Part shown: in pieces, positions 12,201 through 19,643 of the stretch
How the letters are laid out: every line of letters begins with the position of its first letter
Position numbering within the stretch: position 1 is the first letter of the stretch
Virus record (IMG/VR): IMGVR_UViG_3300027710_000009
From: a virus
Taxonomy: Duplodnaviria > Heunggongvirae > Uroviricota > Caudoviricetes
Reading direction: 5' to 3' (one strand)
DNA: 64,000 nucleotides
The notes under the pieces: generated by a model
Database searches by the model: none
Told to the model about the DNA's origin: nothing
What the model saw: the letters and a program-made list of their open reading frames with translations, nothing else
Made by a program: the position numbers and the translations under genes

Positions 12201-15028
12201 GTTAGGTAAGCAGTGACATTGGCGTTGGAGTACGTGCCTTCGTTGCCGGTCAAAATGCTCACACCATTGGCATAAGTGAATTGATCTGCGGCAATGGTTG
12301 CTGTTGTTAGGTTACCTGTGAATACGTTGCCTGTTACTGCGGCACCGCCTGTTACTTGTAATGCGCCTGTGCCAGAACCTGTTGAGGGTGTGCCCGAAAC
12401 AATTTGTAAATCTTGTAAACTTTGTGGGCTGGTTGGGCTGGCGTTAGAAACTGTGGCACTGGTATAATCAATCCAATACTTGTTGGTTCCATCGTTGACA
12501 TATTGATAGAATACGTCAGTATCCGTTTTGTACCAAACGTCACCCACTATTGGGTTGGCAGGTGCTCCTACTTGTGCGTATTTTCTTAAGCCGCCAGCGG
12601 TAATGTTACCAGTGATTGCAAAGTCGCCACCTAAGGTGCCTGAACCAATGACATTTAGACTTGCAAGGCTGCTAATACCGCCGTTCTCGATGGTCAAACC
12701 ACCAATAACTGCCCTGGCTCCTGTTGCTAGTATATTGCCCGCTGTAACGCTTAATCCACCTGCAGAAAAGAATGATCCGCTGGCAGTTAGGTTACCAGTT
12801 GCCAAAATGCTTCCGCCAACACTGATGTTGCTTGCGGCCAAATATGCCGTAACGTTGGCGTTTGAATAAGTGCCTTGATTGCCTTCTAAAATACTTACGC
12901 CGTTTGCATAAGTGAAGTTGGTTGCAGAAACGGTTGCTGTGTTTAGATTTCCAGTAAACACGTTACCAGTAATACCTGCTCCGCCTTGTACTTGTAAGGC
13001 ACCACTTGTTGTATCTGTTGCAGGAGTACCACTTACAATTACAATATCGCTAAGTGTCTGATTTGTTTGTGGACTGATGTTGGCCACAGTGGCGCCTGCA
13101 TAGTCAACCCAGTATTTGTTTGTGCCATCATTGATGTATTGATAAAATACGTCTGTGTCTGTTTTGTACCAAACATCGCCCACAACTGGATTGGTAGGAG
13201 TATTAATTTGTGCGTACTTGCGAAGTCCACCACCTGCAATGTTGCCACTTGTACTGATATCACCAGTTGCAATCAGTGCGCCGCCAAGTGTAATGTTGCC
13301 GGTTACACCAAGATTGGTAAGTCCGCTGATTGCACCTGCGGTAATTGTTAGCCCACCAATTTGTGCTGTTGTTCCACTGGCAACTACGTTGCCGTTGGTT
13401 ACACTGAGTCCACCACCAGTAAAGTATGTGCCACTTGAAATCAAGTTAGCAGAAATGATTACGTTTTGTAGGAAACTGGCAGTTTGTGCAACACTTAGGT
13501 TACCGCCAACGTTGATATTGCCACCAACGCCAACACCACCTTGCCCAGTAACAACCATTGATCCTGTGGTAGTGTCAATGCTGGTAACATTTTGATTGGC
13601 AACAATATTACCGCTGGTAATATTAAATCCACCTTGTAGATTCAAGTTGCCTTGAATCCCAACACCACCGCTGACTGTTAGTGCGCCTGTGCTGGCGCTG
13701 GTACTTGGAGTACCACTCACAATTTGTATGTCAGTTAAACTTTGTTGGCTTTGTGCAGAAATGTTTGCAACTGTTGCACCAGCAATGTCAACCCAATAGC
13801 TACCAGTACCATCACTCACATACTGATATAAAATATCTGTGCCCAGCTGGTACCATTGGTCACCAACCACAGGATTTGCAGGAGCACCAGAACTGATAGT
13901 TTGACGTACACTGCCACCAGTGATATTTCCAGCTACATTTAAGTTTTGGCCAACAAACACATTGCCGCCAACGCCCAATCCACCTATGCCAGGAACAACA
14001 ATTGCACCAGTTGTGATACTGGTACTTGGAATTCTACTATTGGCAACAATGGCGCCGCCAGCCCAGATGTTACCACCCACACCCAGCCCGCCTGGACTGG
14101 CAATACGAATGGCACCTGTTGTTTCGCTAGTGCTGGTTGTGTTTGATGATATTACTAGATCGCTGCCTAGCTGACCGCCACCAAAAGATACTGACCCACC
14201 CACATTTAGATTGCCAGTAATACCAACACCACCAACAACTTGTAGAGCACCTGTGGTTGTGCTTGTGCTTTCGTCACCACTGTTGACTACCAGTGTGCCA
14301 ACGTTTTGCCCAGTGATTGGATTGATGTTGGCAATGGTTGCACCGCTGATGTCAATCCAGTATGCTGTTGCGCCGTCTTGCAACCATTCGTATAAAATGT
14401 CTGTGCCAACCTGATACCATTGGTCGCCCACTGCCGGAGTAGACGGAGGTGTTGCACTGGTAAACACCTGCGGCACACGTTTGCCGTTTTGATACAGTAG
14501 CGTGGTGTTTACATTGCCTGTTAGAACCAAGTTGCCTGTTACATAATCGTAGCTGGTGGTTGTTGCACCACCAATCACGTTGTTGACGTTGGCAAACTGT
14601 AGCTGTCCTGTTGCGCCCGCTGGTTCTGCGGCTTGTATTCCAAAACTTAAATTTGTTGTGCCAAGATCAATATTACCTGTTGTGGTTAACTTGAAGGTAC
14701 GATTTTTATTAACAGTACCTTCTTCAACTTGAGTAACAATAGAAGGAGTAACTGCACCCAGTGCGCCACCAGAACTGGCATCTTTGGTACGTTCCCAAAT
14801 GCCGTTGACACCTGTGCCCACTGCTTTGACATAGTAGATACCATTCTGTGCCGCATTGGCCTGTGACGTTAGAAGAACACGATCGTAGAAATTAAGTGTA
14901 ACGCCATCAACTGAGTTTGGCATTGCTGCCAACATCACGTTACCTACATCGGCAGTCGTGGCCACCCGGACACTTTGTTTCCAATCGGTGTCAGGTATCT
15001 GACTATAGCGCGGTCTTGTTAATGCCAT
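3206..15028 (-). CDS. Giant 3940-aa repetitive virion fibre protein
   Basis: N-terminus MALTRPR...DWKQSVRVATT...RVLL..Q...QNGIY (fibre attachment type), G/T/V/N-rich beta repeats, 18 GDxWY modules, and C-terminal GEITWDGGWLYVCVAPNSWVR. Confidence 0.85.
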   Translation of the reverse strand: MALTRPRYSQIPDTDWKQSVRVATTADVGNVMLAAMPNSVDGVTLNFYDRVLLTSQANAAQNGIYYVKAVGTGVNGIWERTKDASSGGALGAVTPSIVTQVEEGTVNKNRTFKLTTTGNIDLGTTNLSFGIQAAEPAGATGQLQFANVNNVIGGATTTSYDYVTGNLVLTGNVNTTLLYQNGKRVPQVFTSATPPSTPAVGDQWYQVGTDILYEWLQDGATAYWIDISGATIANINPITGQNVGTLVVNSGDESTSTTTGALQVVGGVGITGNLNVGGSVSFGGGQLGSDLVISSNTTSTSETTGAIRIASPGGLGVGGNIWAGGAIVANSRIPSTSITTGAIVVPGIGGLGVGGNVFVGQNLNVAGNITGGSVRQTISSGAPANPVVGDQWYQLGTDILYQYVSDGTGSYWVDIAGATVANISAQSQQSLTDIQIVSGTPSTSASTGALTVSGGVGIQGNLNLQGGFNITSGNIVANQNVTSIDTTTGSMVVTGQGGVGVGGNINVGGNLSVAQTASFLQNVIISANLISSGTYFTGGGLSVTNGNVVASGTTAQIGGLTITAGAISGLTNLGVTGNITLGGALIATGDISTSGNIAGGGLRKYAQINTPTNPVVGDVWYKTDTDVFYQYINDGTNKYWVDYAGATVANISPQTNQTLSDIVIVSGTPATDTTSGALQVQGGAGITGNVFTGNLNTATVSATNFTYANGVSILEGNQGTYSNANVTAYLAASNISVGGSILATGNLTASGSFFSAGGLSVTAGNILATGARAVIGGLTIENGGISSLASLNVIGSGTLGGDFAITGNITAGGLRKYAQVGAPANPIVGDVWYKTDTDVFYQYVNDGTNKYWIDYTSATVSNASPTSPQSLQDLQIVSGTPSTGSGTGALQVTGGAAVTGNVFTGNLTTATIAADQFTYANGVSILTGNEGTYSNANVTAYLTARSVTIADGNITATGGYLAAGGFIATAGNIRTTSANIGGVIIESGGIGQLASLGVLGAATIGADLAVTGNITGGGLRKYAQAGAPTNPVVGDVWYKTDTDVYYQYINDGTNKYWVDYSSATVSNASPTTSQSLQDLQIVSGTPSTSTSTGALVVQGGIGASGNVFVGNLSTATVSAGNFTYANGVSILVGNEGTYSNANVTAYLTARTTTISDGFLSSAGMTVTAGNLKTTSANIGGVVIESGGIGQLASLGVLGAATIGGNVAITGDVAITGNISAGGLRKYAQPGAPANPIVGDVWYKTDTDVFYQYVDDGTSKYWIDYTSATVSNANPTSPQSLQDLQIVSGTPSTNTTSGALQVTGGAGISGNVNAGNVTTGTITATTVNSSGVVVGTGFTYANGVSILVGNEGTYSNANVTAYLTARTTTISDGFLSTAGMTVTAGNLKTASANIGGVIIEAGGIGSLASLNVIGGATIGGDVTITGNVTGGGIRKTTSASAPVNPVVGDQWYKSDTDTLYQYINDGTTKYWVDVAGATVSNASITSDQIAYDIVITTDTQSTSTTTGAVRVQGGIGLIGNIYTTGIADFGGNLTAGNILANNNLQTTTLQVIGDTNVNKLTAVGNITSSGTYFSAGGISVTNGNVVATGTTATIGGLVINNGGLPSLPTLGVIGAATFGANVDVTGNVNITRDIIASGNIVAGGVRKYAQTTKPANAVPGDVWYKTDTDVYYTYVNDGTSSYWIDYVGATVSNAAVDNSTNNDFTIASGTASTDADTGALVVVGGVGVTGDINVTGDFSIDGTFTACTAVTAGYLNVADGIDSYGNVVIHGPGTPNYTVQVRSSDAADDVLGIKTSVAGGGFEIDALNNELTGATPFGINANTFSIGIKNAIGSTVQADAFKINTAGNASVAKTLSVGQHVNVTGNVNAGVGTFTSLFASSANLTTLNLSSTLTVPTLNVTTSIDAPGIRKYAQTTAPVSPAVGDVWYKTDTDVYYTYVNDGTTNYWIDYVSATVSNAATTASQSVDLRVASGTESINTDTGAITVVGGVGVVGNIFAGGIVSAQGQLRAISGVQSTSTTTGALVVTGGLGVSANTNIGGALAADSLTVAGPTNLSGNLSGTNMSLAGRADIAGAMAISGAATIGGNLDVTGRVVGGGIRKTTSINAPANPTVGDIWYKTDTDVLYQYTHDGTNNFWIDYVGPSVSNASPSTGLLSDLEVVTGTSSTSTITGAARITGGVGITENLYVGGLSIIGANLVANNITANLNLQSATLAVTGAGTIGGNLTSANLSTGIASIARADIAGALAVGGDVTVTGNIVAGGVRKTQSTTAPVNPTVGDLWYKTDTDVYYQYTSDGTNKYWIDYVGATVSNAAVSASTNNDYRVASGTESTDVDTGALTVVGGVGITGNVFAGNATATSFRSDNFIFANGQSLASRITGTFSNTNVAAYLTGAITTGNIAAGNIIAANVSALDIVARDVTLSGNITGGGLRKYAQLGAPANPVVGDVWYKTDTDVYYQYINDGTNNYWVDYIGATISNATVNNSTNSDFLIASGTLSTSNSTGALQVVGGVGVVGNVNLGGNLKADGTVTGTAFTYANGVSILVGNEGTYSNANVTAYLTARNVTIADGNIVATGSYLSAGGFTATAGNIFAPSANIGGLVISNGGLSSLASLGVIGSATVGADLAVTGNITGGGLRKTQSTTPPVNPVQGDVWYKTDTDVYYQYINDGTASYWIDYAGATVSNAAVDNSTNSNFSIASGTESTSTSTGALTVVGGIGATGNLNLGANATISGNVVIDGDARATQHNTGALVIAGNGGASIGGNLFIQGAIEIDRYFVSQSYAEFGEFVGVNGNIIGRGNKITGGGFQAEYGNVTATGQYFSAGGLTALAGNVTLGNIVGYGFSTNNGNLITTGSRAVVGGLTIENGAFGNVASLGVIGSVTIGNDLAVTGNITGGGIRKTQSTTAPVNPVQGDVWYKTDTDVFYQYVNDGTNTYWIDYTSATVANISTANAQYGTDVGFVSGTLSTDQTTGAVVVIGGVGVTGNINLTGQVTALDTVTGQRIVSNTSITGATLSIAGAAVVGNLTAGNITGYGFSTNNGNVTATGQLTVGGLAQIPGNLSATGSYFSAGGLSVTAGNITAYGFSTSNGNVIATGTYAQIGGLEIINGGFGSLASLGVVGSATIGGDVTITGNVTGGGIRKTTSTNAPVNPIVGDIWYKTDTDVYYEYINDGTGTYWVDMVSPTVANVTQSAETVSDLEIVSGTPSIDSTSGALRVAGGVGVVGDVNISANITVGNVIAGTVYTPAIRATAFTYPNGASILDGYYFGTYSNANVGGYLTAQGITTTGGNLVATGQYFSAAGLSVTAGNITAQGFSTSNGNILSTGARAVVGGLTIENGSFADITSLGVIGNITAGGDVIVTGNISGGGLRKYAQTFTPANPIVGDVWYKTDTDVYYQFVNDGTSTYWIDYTSAAIANITVANSQYGSDVGFVSGTLSTDQTTGAVVVIGGVGITGNINLTGKVTALDTITGQSIVSNTSVAGATLSIAGNAVVGNLTAGNITAYGFSTNNGNVTATGQLTVGGLSVVPGNLSATGSYLAVNGFTALNGNITATGTTAVIGGLTIANGGFGSIASLDVIGSATIGGNVTITGNVVGGGIRKTTSISAPASPTVGDQWYKTDTDILYQYIDDGTNTYWVDFASATVANITNDFDGLGDFQTIGNVIGNGIVSDNYYYANGVSFVTTTVANTQNIVANITNGFNLGLDLTPTGVAAGNYGSATSIPTVVVDDKGRITSITSNSVSTTFGLVGNVGTSSINGGNTLVVVGVPNQISTTVAGNTISIGFTPNISFTDFTVNGNLIYQGGGIKTTTSPTPPPGPVNGDMWYQSGTDILYRYIFDGTNEYWIDLFSTPLRAVLPSQDIAGGDGEVQFNDNGTFGANANFAFDKTTGTLKVERFRVTKTQSPATPGSPGLTGEITWDGGWLYVCVAPNSWVRAGLYTW
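3490..14460 (-). repeat. 18 in-frame copies of a ~45-aa module (GGGLRK...PxNPVVGDVWYKTDTDVYYQYINDGTNKYWIDY.GATVSN)
   Basis: Counted in the translation. Module cores lie near 3555, 4177, 4863, 5553, 6275, 7062, 7680, 8181, 8677, 9246, 10038, 10673, 11301, 11913, 12528, 13163, 13850 and 14412 (spacing ~500-800 bp). Confidence 0.9.
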
Positions 15029-15049
15029 GGGAATCTATCTCGTTTGTAC

Positions 15050-15056
15050 TATTTAT
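15050..15056 (-). promoter_or_regulatory. T4-late-like promoter box (ATAAATA)
   Basis: 21 nt upstream of the 3940-aa start and just downstream of a terminator. Confidence 0.65.
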
Positions 15057-15084
15057 GGAAAAGCGTCCAAATGAAAAACAGCCC

Positions 15085-15110
15085 AAAGAAAAAGGCCCTT
15101 GCGGGCCTTT
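15085..15110 (-). terminator. Intrinsic terminator
   Basis: Minus strand reads AAAGGCCC-GCAA-GGGCCTTT followed by TTCTTT (GNRA loop), right after the 15129 stop. Confidence 0.85.
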
Positions 15111-15128
15111 CTCTCGAGTGGCTTTGGA

Positions 15129-18100
15129 TTAAGCCTGTGATTCAACGTATGTAACTTGAATGTCAACGTTAGCTTGTGAGCCCTGAGCAGGCACAATGTT
15201 AAACGCAACAATTTCGTTACCGTTTGGATAGAAGCCAGTTCCTGGAAGAATAGCACCACCAATTTCCTTAACGTTGGTCAAGTCAATGAAGCCAGAGTTC
15301 TGAGCTGACACTGGAATGGAGAACAACTGCTCACCACCCTGTGCATATGGCTGACCGTTGTGCTGGCCGCTTGCACGTGTGTCAAACAACACGTTGTTAA
15401 CACCATGTAGTGTTGTTGGCTTGTCACTGGCTGGATACACGTTAGCAACGAACTGTGTAAACGATGGTTGGTTGAAACCACCAGTTTGGTTGGTACCACC
15501 AATTGAACCACCTACGTTGAAACGTTGATTCAACGGTGCCCAGTTACATGACAATACGTTGGTTGGATTCAAAATCGCTTGCAACAAGAAGCGTGGCTTC
15601 AAGCTGGCTGATGTGTCAGCAACGTTGATGTACATGTTCTGCAACAACATCTGTGCGCGGTTGATAATGTCTTTGGATCCCAAGTCGCCTGTGATAGCGT
15701 TTGTAATACTTGGTGCCAAGCGCATCATGAACAGAGTCTGCACTGCTGTTCCAAGCACGTTAACGTTGGCCAGGTTGTATGTGAACTGGTATGAACGGTC
15801 CTTGGTAAATCCACCGTCTAGAATAACAGCAGAGCCCCAGTGATTCAAGTCTGGTGAAGCTGTTACACTGAACAAGCGAACTGCAACACCTACTGCATGC
15901 TGAACACCCGAACCTTGTGGCTGCACACCTATACTCAATGAACGATTTTGACCAAGGTTGTAGTTGGAGATAACTGCACTACGTGTTAGAGTACAAATGT
16001 TACCGTTGGCTGCAAATGGACCTGCGCTGTAGGTAATCAATTCATCTGTGTCAGTTCCAAATCCAGAAACAAGTACTGTTGCTGGGTAGGTCACGTTGGC
16101 TGTTGGGAATCCAACAATGCTGGCTAGGTTGATGTTGCCTGTTTCGTTTGGTGCCAGGCCAAGATTCAAACGTGTGTACGCTGTGTTATTAGCTGTCTTA
16201 TAACGAGCTGGCAAGTTACCAGAACGCATAAAAGCTTCATCGTTTGTGTTGTTGTTTTTGCTACGATGTGCCCAGATCATTTGACCGTCTGTGGCTCTCA
16301 TGCCCCAGTCAATAAAACCAGCACCGTACCAGGTGTACTGAATGGCCACCATCTGCATCTTGGTCTTGTCCATTACATAGCCGCTTGGGCCTGTACCGTC
16401 CAGTCGATCTTTGTTGAACTGGTCTTGTGGAATCAAGAACTCGTCAACCACAACCATACGTGCATCTTCTGCGTTTACCACACCACGATATGCTGGTGAA
16501 ACGTACATGGTGTTTTGACTTTCAATGCGACTCACAGTGTGACTCATACCGCGGATAACAATTTGATCACCTGCTAGCACTTGATCCTGGAAGCGAGTGA
16601 ATTGGTTACCGTTCACACGATATGTGTTGGTACCAATGTTCACACGGCCTAGAATTTCACGTGTTGAAGTACGACGACCTGCGTAGACCTTTTGACCATC
16701 ATAGTGCCAGAACACACCGTTTTGGTCATCAAACATACCCACACGCACTTTACCACCGTGCCAGTTGAGCACTGCGAATTTAGGGAATGTGCCATATTGT
16801 GGTGTTGTTGCACCCAATGTAGCTGTGGCTAGAACTGTGAATGAGTTCTGTGACACCACAGTGGCCACACGATAGAATGTGTTGTAACCTGAAGTTGTAA
16901 CGCCTGTAATCTGAACGTTGGCACCAACTTGTAAACCATGGTCTAGTTCTGTAACAATAGTAATTGCACTGCCAACGCTGGTGCCAGCGGCTGCAATGTT
17001 GGTCACAGTAAATTGTGGACACATGCTGATACCAGTTGTGAACATCATGCCTTTACCAGACTGGTAGCGGAAGTATTTCTTGGTTTGACGAGCAACTTCG
17101 TAACCAAACGCTGGAGCATTAACACCAATGTTTGTACCGCCGTCAATTGGACGGTGACGTACCAAGCTGGTTGGGAACATCACAATGTTACCAAACAATG
17201 TTGATTGTGTGCCTAGTGCGGCAACCAATGCGTTTGGTTGTGTGATAGTTGCACCTGGTTTTGCAATAAACGTAAACTGGTTCAAATACGGAACACTGTT
17301 AACTGTGAAAATACCAGAAGCGTGTGTGTTGGCATTTACTGCACCATACATCACTGTTTGTATCAACTGTCCTGGGAACACACCATGTGGCTCGTTTGTG
17401 GTCACTGTGATTGAACTTGGTGAACCACCGTTGGACACAAAGCTGATGTACTGAATGTTGGCACCAGTAAACACGCCGCCTTTGCGGATTGTCACGTCAG
17501 TTTGATTGCTGACTGGATTCAACTGCTGACCAATTTCACGATTTGGCCATACTTTTGGATAGTAGGCTGCGTAGTGAATGTCATTGATTTGGTTGAAGTA
17601 AACACCTTCTACGTTGGCGTTGTTTAGACCCAAGGTAGAAACATAAGCGTTGGCGTTGCCTGTACCAGCAACTGCGGCACTTAGACCAAATGGGCCTGCG
17701 CCTTGTACAGCACTGGCAATACCGTGTGAGTTGGCGTTGATACCAATGACCGGAACGTTAATGTTACCTGCTACGAACACACCTGCGGCAGTCACAACCA
17801 ATGATCCTGCAGTAATTGAGCTCAATGCTGTGGTACCCAGTGCGCCACGAACAACAGTTTGTGAACCGTTTAGGCCAACTGCTGGAGTTGTAACACGAAC
17901 AATTTCAATGTTACCTGTAGCGCCTGTACCAACTGCGGCAGGGCCATTGCCCATGCCAGGACCACGATCGTTGAACATGTTAACACGTACGATAGCAGAA
18001 CCTGGATTGAACTGTGGTGCGGCATTGGTGTTCATGAAGCCACGAGTGACTGTTAGTGAGTTTGTGCCTTGATCCACTGAGTCAACGCGAACAATTTCAA

Positions 18101-19196
18101 TGTTGGATGCGTCAGCGGCTGTGGCAGTTGGAATCAAACGCTTCAAACGTGCGCCTGCTGAAAGATTAGCGGCTCTTTGGTTTGTGCCAAGCACTTGGCG
18201 AACCACTGTCAATGAACTTGTGCCGCCACCTGATGTGACGCTCATCAATTCATATTCACCTGGATCAACAGTTTCAACAGCAATAATATCACCGTTGAGC
18301 ACAGCAGTACCACTAATGGCCACTGTGGTAGTACCAGTACTGGTCAGACCAGCTGTGATTGTTGTTGTGTCTGTGGTTGGAATACCAATCAAGGCTGCAA
18401 CGTCACCTGCGTTCCACGATGTGATATCACGTGTCACAGTGAAAGTACGTTGGCTAGGGCCACCGTTGGCAGTAGTAATACTTCTTGCACCTGCTATAAC
18501 AGCAGAGTTGGCCAAAGAAGTAGTACCACGTGGTGCTGTTGCGCCTGTGCCTGTGCCTTGGTTGATAACAATTTTGTAATCGCCAGTGAAGTGTATTGGT
18601 GCAGTGTTACCACCGTAACCAGCTGCTGGTGTAAAACCTTGATTCAACAAGGTCATTGATGTTGTGGTTGCGGCAGAAATTGCAGTGGTAAGCAATGTGG
18701 CATAACCAAACACGTTGGCTTGAACGTCTGTACCAGGAACTTCAAAAGTGGTTGGGTAGTTGAACACTGTGGTCCAGCTGGCCCATTTGGTTTGTTGTAG
18801 ACCGTATTCAAAGTCAGCGTCAATCAATGATTCTGGCTGAGCAACACGTTGGCGTTCAACCGCATCAATACCAAAGTCATGAGTGCGAACACGCATTTCG
18901 GTGGCTTCAACATAGATCATCAGCTTGTCATTGGCGCTCATGGCGCTGGTGTCAAGATCCAAAGTCAGTGTTGTTACACCGTTTTGATAGTTAGGGAATG
19001 TGGTTGTATCATTCTCGTTGTACGAGAATGCAAACGCACCGCGAGTGGCGTCGCTGAAGTTGTAGATCACCGTGTTTGTGGTCACGTTTGTGATCATTAG
19101 GATGTCTTTTAATTGATAAACATCTGGAATTTTCACTGTTCCGGTGTTAGCGGCTCCAGGTGTGAAAATATAGTATTGTATGCTCTTTCTTGCCAT
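15129..19196 (-). CDS. 1355-aa virion structural protein (cyanomyovirus-type)
   Basis: MARK...YIFTP, RVAQPESLIDADFEYGLQQTKW, RQTKKYFRYQSGKG, GMFDDQNG, YTWYGAG and EAFMRSGNLPARY motifs, plus HG-containing FCCH-like repeats. Confidence 0.75.
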   Translation of the reverse strand: MARKSIQYYIFTPGAANTGTVKIPDVYQLKDILMITNVTTNTVIYNFSDATRGAFAFSYNENDTTTFPNYQNGVTTLTLDLDTSAMSANDKLMIYVEATEMRVRTHDFGIDAVERQRVAQPESLIDADFEYGLQQTKWASWTTVFNYPTTFEVPGTDVQANVFGYATLLTTAISAATTTSMTLLNQGFTPAAGYGGNTAPIHFTGDYKIVINQGTGTGATAPRGTTSLANSAVIAGARSITTANGGPSQRTFTVTRDITSWNAGDVAALIGIPTTDTTTITAGLTSTGTTTVAISGTAVLNGDIIAVETVDPGEYELMSVTSGGGTSSLTVVRQVLGTNQRAANLSAGARLKRLIPTATAADASNIEIVRVDSVDQGTNSLTVTRGFMNTNAAPQFNPGSAIVRVNMFNDRGPGMGNGPAAVGTGATGNIEIVRVTTPAVGLNGSQTVVRGALGTTALSSITAGSLVVTAAGVFVAGNINVPVIGINANSHGIASAVQGAGPFGLSAAVAGTGNANAYVSTLGLNNANVEGVYFNQINDIHYAAYYPKVWPNREIGQQLNPVSNQTDVTIRKGGVFTGANIQYISFVSNGGSPSSITVTTNEPHGVFPGQLIQTVMYGAVNANTHASGIFTVNSVPYLNQFTFIAKPGATITQPNALVAALGTQSTLFGNIVMFPTSLVRHRPIDGGTNIGVNAPAFGYEVARQTKKYFRYQSGKGMMFTTGISMCPQFTVTNIAAAGTSVGSAITIVTELDHGLQVGANVQITGVTTSGYNTFYRVATVVSQNSFTVLATATLGATTPQYGTFPKFAVLNWHGGKVRVGMFDDQNGVFWHYDGQKVYAGRRTSTREILGRVNIGTNTYRVNGNQFTRFQDQVLAGDQIVIRGMSHTVSRIESQNTMYVSPAYRGVVNAEDARMVVVDEFLIPQDQFNKDRLDGTGPSGYVMDKTKMQMVAIQYTWYGAGFIDWGMRATDGQMIWAHRSKNNNTNDEAFMRSGNLPARYKTANNTAYTRLNLGLAPNETGNINLASIVGFPTANVTYPATVLVSGFGTDTDELITYSAGPFAANGNICTLTRSAVISNYNLGQNRSLSIGVQPQGSGVQHAVGVAVRLFSVTASPDLNHWGSAVILDGGFTKDRSYQFTYNLANVNVLGTAVQTLFMMRLAPSITNAITGDLGSKDIINRAQMLLQNMYINVADTSASLKPRFLLQAILNPTNVLSCNWAPLNQRFNVGGSIGGTNQTGGFNQPSFTQFVANVYPASDKPTTLHGVNNVLFDTRASGQHNGQPYAQGGEQLFSIPVSAQNSGFIDLTNVKEIGGAILPGTGFYPNGNEIVAFNIVPAQGSQANVDIQVTYVESQA

Positions 19197-19228
19197 TTTG
19201 GTCTACCTTATGGTTAATATGCTTCTTT

Positions 19229-19236
19229 TATTTATA
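19229..19236 (-). promoter_or_regulatory. Perfect T4 late promoter TATAAATA overlapping the upstream stop codon
   Basis: Reads GTA-TAA-ATA, 32 nt upstream of the 19196 start. Confidence 0.7.
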
Positions 19237-19603
19237 CACCGAACACAATTCCAATGGAATCCACGTAACTTTTAGGCACAATTGAATTGGCCGTAGTTGA
19301 GAAGGTTCCAAGGGTTGGATTGTTAAAAGTTGCGGCGGTGAAAGTTTCTACACCACTGAAAGTTGCAGTTCCTGCAAAAGTCGTATTGTTTAGTGTAGCA
19401 CTATTGATCGTAGGGCTGGTCAGTGTCTTGTTGGTCAGCGTTTGGTTGGCAGTTAGTCCAACCATTTGTTGACCACCTGCCGCGGAGCCGTCATGCACAC
19501 GCAGTACTTTTAGCGTGGTGTCAACGGTAACTTCACCGACAGCGCCGGTAAAACTGTTGTTTTGGGTCGTTGTCCCTCTTCGGAACTGTACTTGTGTTGG
19601 CAT
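19232..19603 (-). CDS. Short virion protein with Mtd_N-like domain (paralog of 2261-2599)
   Basis: MPTQVQFRRGT...FTGAVGEVTVDT...VHDGSAAGG, with the shared C-terminus ANSIVPKSYVDS.GI.FGV. Confidence 0.75.
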   Translation of the reverse strand: MPTQVQFRRGTTTQNNSFTGAVGEVTVDTTLKVLRVHDGSAAGGQQMVGLTANQTLTNKTLTSPTINSATLNNTTFAGTATFSGVETFTAATFNNPTLGTFSTTANSIVPKSYVDSIGIVFGV

Positions 19604-19625
19604 TTGTTAACCGACTCCTGATTCG

Positions 19626-19643
19626 TATTTATATGGTATTTAT
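19626..19643 (-). promoter_or_regulatory. Tandem late promoter boxes (ATAAATA, TATAAATA)
   Basis: GTATTTAT occurs twice on the + strand, upstream of the 19603 start. Confidence 0.65.

Noticed and set aside
3490-14460. CRISPR-like recurrence of ttgtaccaaacatc
   Set aside because: The copies are degenerate, 500-800 bp apart and in frame within one CDS, so they are protein repeats.
2261-19603. Diversity-generating retroelement suggested by Mtd-like proteins
   Set aside because: Only the N-terminal Mtd-like domain is present. No reverse transcriptase, C-type lectin domain or adenine-variant TR/VR pair is visible in the window.
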